A stretch of DNA of 64,000 bases. It comes from Psilocybe cubensis (Eukaryota). Shown one piece after another: positions 37,164 through 49,345 of the stretch. The position numbers were made by a program, and so were the translations under genes. The first letter of the stretch is position 1. Each line of letters starts with the position of its first letter. The notes below the pieces were generated by a model, which worked only from the letters and a program-made list of their open reading frames with translations, searched no databases and was not told the origin of the DNA. The stretch is taken from NCBI GenBank assembly GCA_017499595.2, contig CM038998.1, positions 1,550,001 to 1,614,000 of the forward strand, in the 5' to 3' direction.

Positions 37164-38402
37164 CTACAACAGTCCTCCGACGTGCCCATTCTCACCGAGC
37201 GACCTGCTCTGCACGCCGTCTACGACAATCCGCACGCCCTCGAGCACAAGTCTCCGCGACGCCTCTTTGTCGCCCCAGTCCACCCGCGCTCCCAGCACCG
37301 CCATGTGCACCCCCCACTGCACCACCGTTCGTCGAGCCACCTCTTCCCCGGGCTCGCATGTCCTCTTGTACTCTTTCAAAAACTCCTCCAGCACCCCCGT
37401 CGCCGTCGACCCACACACCTCAGGCTGCGATCGCCGCAGCAGATGCATCTCTGCGCAGAACTGCCCAATGTCCAGCCCACTCAGCCCCGTCTTGGTCAGT
37501 TCCCAGTCGAGCACGCTGATGCCCTCCACTTCACCTTGTCCATCAATTCGCAGCATCATGTTCCCCGGCCAAAAGTCACCCATCACGAACTAGTCAACAG
37601 CGTCAACAGTGTCAACATTTACCACACATTTTTGACCGACCTGATCGTCAACAGCAAGCAGCGCCGCCGTCGTCTCCTCCACCAACCCCTTGATCACCTC
37701 CAGATCCTCGGCGGCAGCTACCAACGGCGGGTCCATCAACTTTGGCACACCACTGTCTCCAGACAGCGTAGGCAGCAGCCGTCCGTAGAACACCCACGCC
37801 GACATTGCCTTTGCTTGGCTGTTCCCTGCAACCGCTGCACAGAGCTCCTTGTTGCCTTTTCCCCACTTGTGCATCCCGCCCAGGAACGCCCCCACCGCCG
37901 CTCCGATCTTTTTCGCGGATGCAAGCGTCGCATGGCCCTGCTGTATGTATGACTTGAGCGAAATCGCGTCCTCGCCAGCGTCGTCCATGATGATCACATG
38001 CGCGTCCTCGTCGAACAAGTGTACCTCGGGCACCGTCACGAGCGAGTCGGCGGGCAACCACCCTCGGACGCGGCGCAGTGCCTCTACTTCATATTTCTAC
38101 GATTAAAATATACAACGATGATCAGTCAACCAGTTTTGTACACTGACCATAAAAGAGCCTACCTGCCTGCTCAACTCGAACGCAAGCTCGGGCAAGTCTT
38201 TGACGAATGGCTTCGCATGCTTAAGCACGACAGTGCGCCTTCCCTCGTACGGTGCATCAAGACGCAGTCTGAACACATAATTCCCCGTCCCGCCTGACAA
38301 TGGCTGGACATCGGTACTGGCAAACGGGGTTTTCGCGAGATACACGCGCACATCTGCTTCGAGTGATAAATCGAGGGTGGGCTTGATCTCGGTTGTCGCC
38401 AT
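37164..38402 (-). CDS. APH/methylthioribose-kinase-like phosphotransferase, similar to 4-hydroxytryptamine kinase PsiK; 2 introns
   Basis: LSGGTGNYVFR..APYEG..VLKHAKP, RQ|KYEVEAL, VTVPEV..IIMDDAG, MGDFWPGN, LDWELTK, LDIGQFCAE. Confidence 0.82.
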
Positions 38403-40135
38403 GATGGATGACGATGTTGTGCTACTACCGTATATCGGTTTGGTGGTGCGCCGGGTACCCTGTTTTTTGAGGGGTAGGATTGGTTGGTTCCTGATGGTGA
38501 TGGCGGCAAATGCTCCGTATTCGATGTCTTCTTTTGGACTTTGGTATGTGTTTTGTTTCGCAGAGCAGTCAAGTGATCCTGAGGAACCAGCTGTGTCGTT
38601 GTAATAGTGGCGTTCGGATGGCGACTCAATCCCTGTCTTGCTGAGATGGTGTCCTTTTAGCTAACTCTATGTGGCATATAAACCTATTGGTTCGAGTCGG
38701 TTGCGCCCGACGTCTCCTTACTTACGAGATGATGATCCTATTATCCGCAAGACGGTCCCGCACTGAACCGCGCGTCCCTGCGAGTCATTTCATTTGTTGA
38801 CTCTGCGAGTCATCCAAGAAAGTAATCATCTAGATGATTTTTATCCTGATCTTTCCGATATGTAAATAACACCGTTGGTCGTACGCGCAACCAACCATCA
38901 ACCACCTTTTTCATATTTCTGAAAATAGTAGTAGTATTACTACGGGGACGAAGAGAACAAGGGTAGAATTTCTCCTGGTTAGAATCTACTGACCACTTTT
39001 CGTCTAAACATTGGTGTACGCGGCTTACAATTTTCAAGACATGTAAAAATCCAAGGTTAGAAATTATACTCGACGTCGGCTGTCAAGTTTCAACTATCCT
39101 CACAGCTGGCTCCCGCCACGAATTGTATCGCGTCTCGGTTCTCGCCTCCGCTGTGTCAATCCAGCGGTACCGATAGCTCCTATCCACATAGCGTCCGACT
39201 AGAGCTCGTGTAGTACTCCCGTTTCTCTCGAGAACTGCAAGCAAGCAATTTGGAGTCGAAAGCAGCGTGATGGAACCTAGTCCCTAGAAACAGAACCATA
39301 AACAGTACTTAGTATTGTACTCACCTGCCAGCCACCAGAACCCGGATATTCATAACCCGGCCCAACTCGCCACCACTACTGGCAAATCCCGGCTTCGATG
39401 CTATTCGAGGCATCGAGTTTATCAAAAGCTCTCTCTGATCAGTGATTCACATTCAAAGTCAAACCAGGCAGGCACCCTAGAATTTTATATAGCTCGAAAA
39501 TTCTATAGGCGTCACAATTCAAAAGCCAACTTGAATAGGGTATGCATTCAGTCCCAAGATGTCATTGCTTCCGAGTCGCAGTTCGCGATCGCGTTGTCAA
39601 CGCCATAAGTGCGCAAAGGCGGTATGCTAGCAGATGTACTACATCCACTTGTGTCCTTACAAGGAACGCCGATCCCACCACGGTAGCACCAGATGTGGAC
39701 AAAAGTGTATTACCAAACACACTCGCAGACAACGAGAAAATGTAGGATATCTTCAAAGCGAAGTGAAGCGCAGCAGCAGCAGCATACAATAAAGTAACAT
39801 AATGGAATCTGGATCGTGCAAGGTTCTATACGGGATGAATGATGATGTGTAAAAGTAAACATGTAGAGAGTGAGAGAGTAAAAAGTAGCAACCGGAACAC
39901 TGAGAAAGAGAGACGGAGCATTCAAAGTTTGAAAGCAAGCCGAAGAGTGATCGAGACAGGCTGAGAGGATATACAGTGGAAGGGGGGAAGGGCAGGGGAA
40001 GGGGCAAGTATGCAAAGCAAAAAGCCTGTATGTGGTCTAGATACCATGCAAGGGTGTAAATGAATGAATGTGAGCGAATGGGTAAAGCGCAAATATTATC
40101 GAACGGCGGGTGAGGAAAGAGGAGGACATGCAAAG

Positions 40136-40174
40136 GCGATGGATGACTGGGGTAAATGCGATGGATGACTGGGG
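40136..40174 (+). repeat. Direct repeat, 17-nt unit x2 (period 22)
   Basis: gcgatggatgactgggg at 40136 and 40158. Confidence 0.8.
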
Positions 40175-40637
40175 CAGGACAGCATTGAATAGGGTGTGGG
40201 GGATATCAAAGGCATGGAATATGGTACATCGAAAACAACCAAGCAAAACCTCAACAAAATGACAACCAGTAAAGTACAAATGGATGGAAAGGGAGAAGCG
40301 AAAATATCGTGCGTTGGTTTACAATTACAGGAAAGTTGGAACACAGGCAGAACAGACAGAAAGGCGAAAGGCGAAAAAATCCAGCCTGATTAGACGCATA
40401 AAAGAAAGAGCAAGACGTCCCCAAAACACGATGCACAAGCATGGATCAATGTTCATGGAGCACACCCTGTGCATGTCAAACCATGGAAACAAAAAGAAGA
40501 GAATCGAAGGAACTGAGGCGAGTCAGGAAGCGAGAGGCGCGCGCGTGGTATGACTCTTTTAAACCTTTGCACTTGGGAAATTAATAAATTAAGACAGAGG
40601 CCCAAGCACAGGGAAAGAGACAACAACTGTCGACTCT

Positions 40638-42941
40638 TTATGCTTCTGACGACGATGACGGTGCCAGCGACACAGGTACAGACGACGCAGAACGGGTAAG
40701 CAAGCTGCGTCCAATGCCCTCATACGCCACGCCGACCACACGCTCTCTGCCTCCACCGAGCGCCGTCTCCCTGGCAATGCCCTCCCACTGGACGCCGCGC
40801 TTCCACATGATGTTGTGAAGCGCCTTGAGTCTGAGGTGGACGGGGTTGCCGACGCTGCGTATGCGCCAGCTGACCTGGCCGGGGATGCGGTTAGCCGAGG
40901 CCGAGTAATCGGAGGAGGGATACATGGTGTGGAGCTCGGAGAGTGCATTGAAGCGGAAAGGGGAGCGAGTAGGGGCAGGGACGGGCTTGAAGTAGAGACG
41001 GTAGGGGAGGGGGTCAGGGAGGACTGTGCGGGGAGAGCCATTGGAAGGAAAGGGAGATGTGAGGGGAATGTAGCGGGGAGTAGAGGCAGACTTGGCTATA
41101 TCGTTGGCTATCTGGGAGGAGTTGAGCATGAGGGGTGTTGGGTCGAGGAAGATGGCGACATCCGTGGAGGACACGCGATAACCTGCCGGTCTAAGTTTAG
41201 GACGGCTCTGCGGTGGTGCACGATCGTCAGATACCACAGTCTTGCCCGGCCCATCGACGTTTCGGTCTTCAAAATTATCGTACGAAGCCGCCACACTAAA
41301 CAGCGCCGTCGTCACGTATGCATTCTGGAAGCCCTTTGCAAGCTCCACAAACTTGGACATCCGCCGGACCAGCGTGCCTGCCCCATCCTGGGTAGCGCGC
41401 ACGGCGCTGGTACTCCGCTGGCGGCCTAGATGGGAGATGGGTGCCGGTTTGGGGGCACTGGGTAGTTCGATGGGCAGCGGCGAGTCTGCGGGTAACACCG
41501 GTGTTAGCGAATGGGGCCGACACGAGTGACGCAGCGACTGGTGGTCCGCCAGCCACGACTTGGGTCTAGGCGAGTTAAACCAGTTCGATTTCGTTGAGGA
41601 GAGGGGGGACGAGGATGGTGTGGTGAGATCGGTCGTCGATGAGGACGCAGATGAATTGCGGAAGGAGAGCCATGAGGACGTGCGCGGAATGGAGGACGAG
41701 GAGGAGGTGGAGAGGGCAGGGGAGAGCGGGGGCGGTGAAGGGGCAATGCTGCTGCAGGCGGGACAGGGCGGGAAGAGTGCGCGGCGGGGGAGGGCGCGCT
41801 GCTTACCCTTGCGCTTGCGGCGCTCCTCCTCGCTGTACTCGATCTCGACGAGGAGGGCGTCGAGGAGGCGCTCCTTCCTGCGCTGGCTGCGGGTGCGGGT
41901 GCGGGTGCGGGTGCGGGTGGGACTTGGAGAGCGGCGGCGGCGGAGATCATAGTCATGTGGGAAGAGGGCGCCCTGCATGCTCTTGAGGACATCGGCAAAG
42001 GAGACGGCAAGCGCCTCGTCGAGAGAGGGCGGGGCTTGAATTTGTTTTGCGGCGAGGGGCGGAGTGCGGGGCGGAGTGCTTGGGCAGCTCGAGGTGGGAC
42101 TGGGAAAGTCGTAGACAAAGGGAGTACGAGTCTGGGACTGGGGATGGGGCTGGGACTGGGACTGGGGCTGGGGCTGGCGGGGAGCGGGTTGAGGGTGCTG
42201 GAAAGAGACGATCTTGCGGCTGCTGTTCCGCTTTGTGCGCCGGCGCTCCTCATCTGCCGCCCGCCGTGTCTCGTGCTCGTCCGCCAGCTTCTTCTTCACC
42301 TTCCGCCGCAGAACAGCTACCCGTTCATCCCGCAGCCGACGCTTCTCCTCCTCCCATTTGCGCTCGCACGCCCTCAGCCGCTCCACCCGCCGTCGCTCCT
42401 CCAGCCGCGCCATCTCCTCTGCCTGCAACTCCCGCATCCGCTTCTCGTCCCGCTCGTCCAGCAGTGCCCCGTGTGGCATGAAGCAAAAGTCAAAGTCCTC
42501 GTCCTGCACCGCTGCGATGCGCGGATCGTCGTCCGAAGTGACCTCGATGCCCTTGAGGCGCAGCAGCAGGATCTTGGCGAGATGTATGTCATCGACGGCC
42601 CAGGCGGCGTGGACCTGGTCCTCGAGAGAGAGGGAGAGCGGGGGGGACGGCGGGGAGTCGTAGTAGTCGGGGGACATGGAGGCCGAGCTCGGGGGGGACG
42701 GGGACGCAGAGCGCATAAAGGGGGGCGCATATGCGGCGCGCATAGGCATGGGGGCAACGATGGGGAGGGCGTGTGTATGCATGTCGCTGTCGTTGTCGTT
42801 GTCGTTGTCGTCGTCGAAGACAAAGAGCTTGCGGTGTATGCGGCGCTCCTCAGAGGCCTGTCGGGCAAGGGCGGAGTCAGAGACCTGGCGGGAGCGGCCA
42901 CGACGGGCGACGACAGAGTCTGTGGGCGGCTGATTTGGCAT
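40638..42941 (-). CDS. Hypothetical 767-aa Pro/Ser/Arg-rich protein, single exon
   Basis: Long ORF with ordered-looking blocks (LEDQVHAAW..LAKILLLRLKGIEV..DFCF; WRIRSVGNP..LRLKAL..GRERVVGVAYEG), a charged coiled coil and in-frame micro-repeats (TR, QP, DN). Confidence 0.75.
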   Translation of the reverse strand: MPNQPPTDSVVARRGRSRQVSDSALARQASEERRIHRKLFVFDDDNDNDNDSDMHTHALPIVAPMPMRAAYAPPFMRSASPSPPSSASMSPDYYDSPPSPPLSLSLEDQVHAAWAVDDIHLAKILLLRLKGIEVTSDDDPRIAAVQDEDFDFCFMPHGALLDERDEKRMRELQAEEMARLEERRRVERLRACERKWEEEKRRLRDERVAVLRRKVKKKLADEHETRRAADEERRRTKRNSSRKIVSFQHPQPAPRQPQPQSQSQPHPQSQTRTPFVYDFPSPTSSCPSTPPRTPPLAAKQIQAPPSLDEALAVSFADVLKSMQGALFPHDYDLRRRRSPSPTRTRTRTRTRSQRRKERLLDALLVEIEYSEEERRKRKGKQRALPRRALFPPCPACSSIAPSPPPLSPALSTSSSSSIPRTSSWLSFRNSSASSSTTDLTTPSSSPLSSTKSNWFNSPRPKSWLADHQSLRHSCRPHSLTPVLPADSPLPIELPSAPKPAPISHLGRQRSTSAVRATQDGAGTLVRRMSKFVELAKGFQNAYVTTALFSVAASYDNFEDRNVDGPGKTVVSDDRAPPQSRPKLRPAGYRVSSTDVAIFLDPTPLMLNSSQIANDIAKSASTPRYIPLTSPFPSNGSPRTVLPDPLPYRLYFKPVPAPTRSPFRFNALSELHTMYPSSDYSASANRIPGQVSWRIRSVGNPVHLRLKALHNIMWKRGVQWEGIARETALGGGRERVVGVAYEGIGRSLLTRSASSVPVSLAPSSSSEA
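41888..41917. repeat. (GCGGGT)n hexamer repeat encoding TRTRTRTR in the 767-aa ORF
   Basis: gcgggtgcgggtgcgggtgcgggtgcgggt. Confidence 0.8.
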
Positions 42942-45900
42942 TAGTATAGGAAGGGAAATTCTGCCATCTCTCTAATGGAATATAAGAACGACCTCGAGGC
43001 CGCCGATCCACACCCACCGGCTCTTTCCGGCCCTTTCCTTATCAGCCAATCACACATACACATTTGCCAGCCGGTATTATCTCGGCATCCCCGGCCAAAT
43101 ATTATTTTTCGCCATGGGGCTCCCCCGGCACATCCCGCCCTCCCACTCAAACCTAAATCCCAACCCGGTCCCGCATCCTCCGCGGATTCTCTCCTCCTCC
43201 TCATAATTAACGTCGCGATCCGTCCACATGGATTCCCCTTCTTGTCCATGCGCGCTTGTCTCTGCTGCCCTTGCCAAGCTTCCCAGCTCACTCTTTCACA
43301 CCTCAACTTGTTCACCCGGCATTCAAGGTGGCTTCCACCCTTGTTCCATGCCGTCGTGCATCTCCAACAAAAGTTGCTCCTCACGTACTAATCCTTCATT
43401 GACACTCTTATCTCTCTTAAATTTAAAGCGTCTATCGTTATCCACTTGAAAGGCACCGAGAACACCACCGACAAAACAAGAAAAGAACCCTGCTTATTTT
43501 CAGGCTTGGGTCGCGTTACGAAGGCTAATGTCTTTCCACCAATCCATCAGCGGAACTCTGATGCGCGGTGTCATATCTACTGCCCGTTTCTGCTAGTAGG
43601 CATTTATGTATTAGTATATCTCTCCAATCTAGCTGACGTTGCATATATAGTGTTCTACTTGGATGTCGATGGGACAGTTAGTCCATTCGAAATTGGAAAA
43701 TACGACCTATCTTTCCCGGTTCCCGAGCCACACTTTTATGAGCACAGAACGTTCGTTAAGCTCGTCCAGTCACAAAGTCTGGGCAACGCCTCCAAAAGCA
43801 ATATTGAAGCTCGGTTGCGATTATCGCATTCTCTTCGTCGTCCATAATCGACGTGAAGATTCAGTCCGACTCGCCGCTCAACAACGATGTAACCCACCAC
43901 AATCACTTCATGACATACGACACAACAAAAGATATATGTAACGTAAAGTACTTTTTTTTTGCTTATCACTTGTCGCACTCTATTCCACCCAGCTTTTCAA
44001 GCATGGCCGTTTTGGTCACATCTATCTCAAATTGTGTGGAGAGTCGCGCGCGCGGCGTGCCTTCTCAGGTATCTATAAGCAGCGCAGCGCAAAAAAAATC
44101 TACCAAACCCCAGGCTGAGTTCCAATTCTGATTTTGGTCGTTACGGCATTTGCAGTATCAATAATGCACAGCTCTGGTGGCGCAGATGCGTAATCTGGGT
44201 CGCAAGACAACCTGATCGTGCTGTCTGGATATCTACACCCCAGAACATCGCGATGCAAAGAAGACCAACACCATCATCAAGCCTCGGCGCGCTTGCCAAC
44301 CATCCGTCCATCGAGCCTCAGCACCGGCTTGTCCCATCCGCACGACGCCCTGTCTTGCATCTCAAGTCGCCAGCGACCATGAGTAAAAATGCCTACAAGC
44401 GCGTCTGACCCCGGGATTCGCGCACCCTGCATGTCATTTTTGCTTGGGAGGTGGGTAAATATTAAATAGGATGGGTAACAGTGGGGTGGGTTCTTTTGTT
44501 CTTGATGATGAGCCTCGTTCTGTTCTTTGCTTTCTGCAAAGAAAGATGACGGTTATCGGGGTGGGAGCGAAACGGGCTTGATGAAAATATGTACTGCTGT
44601 TGGTACAAAAATATGCAGTGCCACGGTGTTTATTCTTGCTAATCTTGCTGTCACTGTCAGGCAGTGGGCAGATTTCCAGATCGCAGATGTGAACGCGGCG
44701 AACATATCATATCAAAAGGACTTATCGTTTCTTCTGTTCGCCGTTCTCTATTCTGTCTTTGTCTTGTCTCCGCCTAGTATCTCTGCGCCCCTCGCTATTT
44801 CTATTTTCAACCAAGGGCCCTCTATCTCTAACCTTGTCTCTATCTCTCTCCCTCTCTCATGCATGCGCCTTTGTGGCTCTGATGCACGCCATATACACTC
44901 TTGGAAACAAACCTAAATCAACACTGTGTTCTATCTACTTCGCAAGGCCGTGCTTTCCAAACTGACGATTCCAGAACATGCACAAGCACACAATCGCCAG
45001 CGGAAGGCGTCTTCGAGATGCTACTGGTCCATGCTGCGTGTTTATTTATTGCCTTTATCCCACCCCTCACTCTCTCTAATAAACGATAACCACCGACACA
45101 GACACCTCACAGCGTCCTGTATAATGGCGTGCCCGCAATCAGATTTCAGATGGCCATGTCGGCGCTGTGTACAGTAAGTAACGAGAGAAGAACAGGATGC
45201 CAGTCTCCCAGGTTTCTTGTGCTTATACTGTGCTGTCTACTCTTCCCCCATCCCGCTGCCTACAGGTGTCGCGAGAGCACTAATTTAAAACATCAGTCTT
45301 ATCTCGTTCTACCTCCGAGGTGCTATCTGTCTTTGCATCTATCTATCTTGTGTGCGCTGTTGCAAACATATTTTCCGATTCCGGAATGCGACCTCGACTG
45401 CGGCACCCACATATCATGTATCCCAATATGCACTGGATTGAAACCTGATAGCTTGTTATGCTATCAGCCAATTACCATGCTCTCGGTGACGGCGAAGGCG
45501 ACGGACGGGCATATAAGGTGTCAAGCCCGTGCCCGAAAAGTCGAACCTCCTCTCGGCCTGAAGTGACTAAACCATTTTTACGCGTCACAGCCAATCAGTA
45601 TTTTCGAGATCACTAATACTAGCTAGTAGGAGGGTCTGATAAGTCATACGTACATACATATACATCAATTCATCTCGGTACAGTTATCGTTCCTTCACGA
45701 ATCAAAAGCGATATGACACAGTATGATACGCCCAAGCGTCAACTAGGTTACTTACCCCGGATACGCAGTTTCAGCACGTCTGACTGTTCAAAGGGCGCCT
45801 CAAGGCAGATACCTACACATGCGCGCGGTCCCACTATACGTCGCACAGGAATAGTGGGGCACCTCGTGTACACTACTGTGATGTAATAGTATGATGGAGA

Positions 45901-46912
45901 TGACGATGGTGCATCTGCGGCTCACATCGTTGAGTCTCAAGAGCGATTTTGCATGAACAGTCTTACGTCGTGATACAAGTTAAACTACTGGACGTAGTAC
46001 ACCCCGTGTCCGCGTAGCTCGCGTATATGCCCCAGGACAGCAAGTAATACTAAACAATACACGTCCTATCATCAAACGCCGCCTAGGCCTCGTCATCTTC
46101 TAGAGATAGCTATAAATAGCTCTAAGCCGCGATTAGCATCAAGATACACGGGTATAAGCATGTAAGTTATCATTATCAACGTCACTTATGAGTACATACA
46201 TAAGGACACCAAGGGGAAAAAGACGACAGGGACATCACGATCACGATCACAGCCATCACCTATCACCAACGATTGTATTGAGCCATGTTGTCAATATAGT
46301 CAATGTGAGCTCGCCGATTAGATAACTATCCATAGAACGGGCGCAAATCCTCCATAACAATTGCTTGTTTACGATCGAGCACGTCGAAAGGTGGACCGAC
46401 TGCCAAATGGATCTTGCAGGCACGACCCATGCTCTGTTTTTCCGAGCTGTATCCCTCGGCGCTTCCTTTCTTTCTTGTCTTTGAATTGTAGATGGCAAGC
46501 GTGACGGATAGCCTTGGAAGACGAGCACCGCTGGTGATGATAGAGTAGAAACTCTCGAATTCAATTGTGGGGTAATTGCTTCGACAGATAAGCACTTCTC
46601 CACTTTGAAATTGATTAGACGCTCAGTATGAACCTGTTCTGCGTTAGTAATGTGGTAACTATAACATCATACTTCCCTCTAGAGGCTGCGGTGGGGCAAA
46701 GTACTTGAAGCCCCAGAGTAGATTCATAGAGACGTAAGGAAATTTTTTTAGACTTCAAAAATGCCCAATGAAGAAATATGGACAGAATCATGTGTGATTA
46801 TAGCGATGCAATGAGATCTGAGGTATTATAGTGTTCATAAGCTAAAGTACTCATATTGTGTGAATTTTTTTATGAATTGATAGTGAAAAAGAACGCAGAC
46901 GAACTTTTGTTA

Positions 46913-48265
46913 TCATAGTTTACCACCGAAATAGCGACTTCTTCTTCTCTTTCGATTTTTCCTTTTCACCCGACTCGTTCTTGGTAGAGGGGGGTTCAGT
47001 ATGAACCTCTCCGGTTATCTCTTCAGGTTTAAGTGGGGGGCGAGGACCATATATGTCTCCAGCATCCCAAGACATAGGTATGAGGGCTACAGGGAGAAGC
47101 CAGGTTGCGGTTAAGACTACACCGTTACCTGCCCAAAAAGTACTTTTAGCTATCTTAGAACAAATCGAATTTCCATTTGCATACCTTTATCGCACGCGCG
47201 TACGCGATCCCAGCTCCAGGCAATAAAGACACCGATGTAACCAACGACCGGACTCAGTTGTTTGAGCATTTTGACTGCAGGCCTGAATTGTGGTGGCACA
47301 AGCATAATAGGGATTTTATCAAGAAGCCATTTCAACGCTGTAGTAATCATTGCAGCGCGAGCAGTCGCCTTGAGAGAAGTATTATCTAACTTGGCCATGA
47401 CAGGAGGGGGCAGATACAATCGGTACCCCCACCATGTAGTTAGCAAGGACAACTGGACCGTCGACGGTACCCATACGTGTTTCTCGATAGTTGCTGCTTT
47501 AGATCCCTCCCCAAGTGTACTTGTCGATCCCCCGGTCTGATCTTTCGCTCCAGATGTTTCATTTGGCTTGCGGTTTTTCCTTGAGCCGGGTTCTTCTACG
47601 TATTCCAGAATAGTTTCCGAGGATGCAAGTTCGAGCTGAGAATCTGATTTCGGTTCCAATGGCGCGTACATCATGACACCGTCTTCTTGCTCTTCAACTG
47701 CACCGCGCCGTGGCTCCGTGCTTCCATCCTTCCCGCTGCTGTTCTTCAAGCTGGCCAAGATGTTCCAGACGCTGGGCCTGCTACTGCTATCGGCCGTCGA
47801 AGCTGAATTTTTCTGTCCATTCATGATATCTTCGGATGAAAGCATGCGAACTAAACCTTCGTCCATACCAGGAGGGACTGGCGAACCTAATTTCCTATCG
47901 TCCGGCTGGCATTCGGCAGTGTGTGATCCTGACTGAGTAGATAATGATGAAGGCGAGAGTGCGGCGGGGAGAGGTAGGGATTCAATCAGACCTCTCAATC
48001 GCTGTGCAAACGATACCACTTCGACAGGGGGAGGGTCCTCAAAGTTGGATTCTAGAAGTGTAGGAGATGATCTGTAAGATCCGAGAAGTTCGTCGCTCAA
48101 CTCCCATGATGGTGGTGGAAATACTGGTGGAGATGTTTTCCTCGGCTGAATGAAACTTCCACTGAAAGATTTGAGACGAGCAAGTGCCGCGAGCTTCTGC
48201 TTCGGTAAAGAGTGAGCTTGATGAGTGGTTCCATTGGAATCGGGACTAGAGTTTGGAGAGGACAT
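46913..48265 (-). CDS. Hypothetical protein with disordered N-terminus and hydrophobic C-terminal domain; one intron (~47129-47182)
   Basis: WVPSTVQLSLLTTWWGYRLYLPPP..VGYIGVFIAWSWDRVRACDK|GNGVVLTATWLLPVALIPMSW..YFGGKL*. Confidence 0.75.
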
Positions 48266-49345
48266 TTTGCAATAGTTGGATAGACTGTAATAATGTGTTT
48301 CGTTAGAACTAATGACAATGAAGACAGAAGGGTCTACTAAAGCAGTTGATTGACCCCACAGTGGCGCCCATCATATCTCCAGTGTCTCGAGATTAGATTG
48401 GGACAGCCATCTAACACGGTCACGCGACTTGCAACCGTGTCAATGAACTCTGCCACAACCACCATGGCCATAACGCATATCGCGTCCCCAAATTGACCTT
48501 GCGGCTGTCTTATCTCAATGCAATCTGTCAATAGATCTCAAGGCTCAGACATACGAAAATTATACCCGGAACACCCTCAAGGCCCTTACGAGTTACAAAA
48601 TCGCACAATCACCACAATATCTCAGCGTCGGAAACACCAAACAGCCGAAAAAAAGAAGGCTTGGGAAAGGATGCAAGCAGTCGAAAAGGAGTGGTAGGTG
48701 CGCTCCCAGCGTTGTGCGTGTTATTCAGGCACGTACTTTGCGTTAACACAGATTGAAGAAGGCGAACGTCGAACGAAAGGACGCCGAATTTCTCGACGCA
48801 TAATTTAAGCGCCAGTACGCTTCAATTCATGATAAATGCACATCTGTAAATACCCACATTGGATAATACCGTGCCCTCACGCAAAATCTTCGTCGAGGTA
48901 AGTTTCGCTGCTTAAACTTTGCTGAATTATCTCAGAATTGAATATTCTTTATACAGAAAAGAATAACGTACATTTTATACTCATTCTGCACGGCTCAAAC
49001 ATTTTCCCTCAGTTATCTTTATGCTTTTATCAGAGATGTACGCAGAGCGTACCGTGCTTTCTGAGCGAATTTAAACCGTTTTGAATGCATTTCTCAGTAC
49101 CAAGTGCAAGTAATTTGTTTTCCACATTTCCTGCCTTCACTGATGCTAAATTTACTCCGATTTGGCAACTCCAGAACTCCAGATATGAACACAAATTTCG
49201 CAGACTCCGGAATGCTAGCCTTCGGCAATCGAACCTACTACAACTTGACCAACATCTGCAAGTTTGAGCATCTATATTACTGTCTAGAATCTATATCTTC
49301 AGCCGACCGAGTCATCCCGAGATTTTTCATGGGTTCGATAGACAA

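Noticed and set aside
37164-38402. Psilocybin biosynthetic cluster
   Set aside because: Only a divergent PsiK-like kinase; no PsiD, PsiH or PsiM homologs in the window
38688-38766. GGTTCGAGTC (T-loop-like) and ATGATGA...CTGA (C/D-like) motifs
   Set aside because: No cloverleaf; the C-to-D distance of about 40 nt is too short for a snoRNA
40815-42944. Many overlapping ORFs of 100-329 aa on both strands
   Set aside because: Expected shadow ORFs in GC-rich, stop-poor sequence; no motifs
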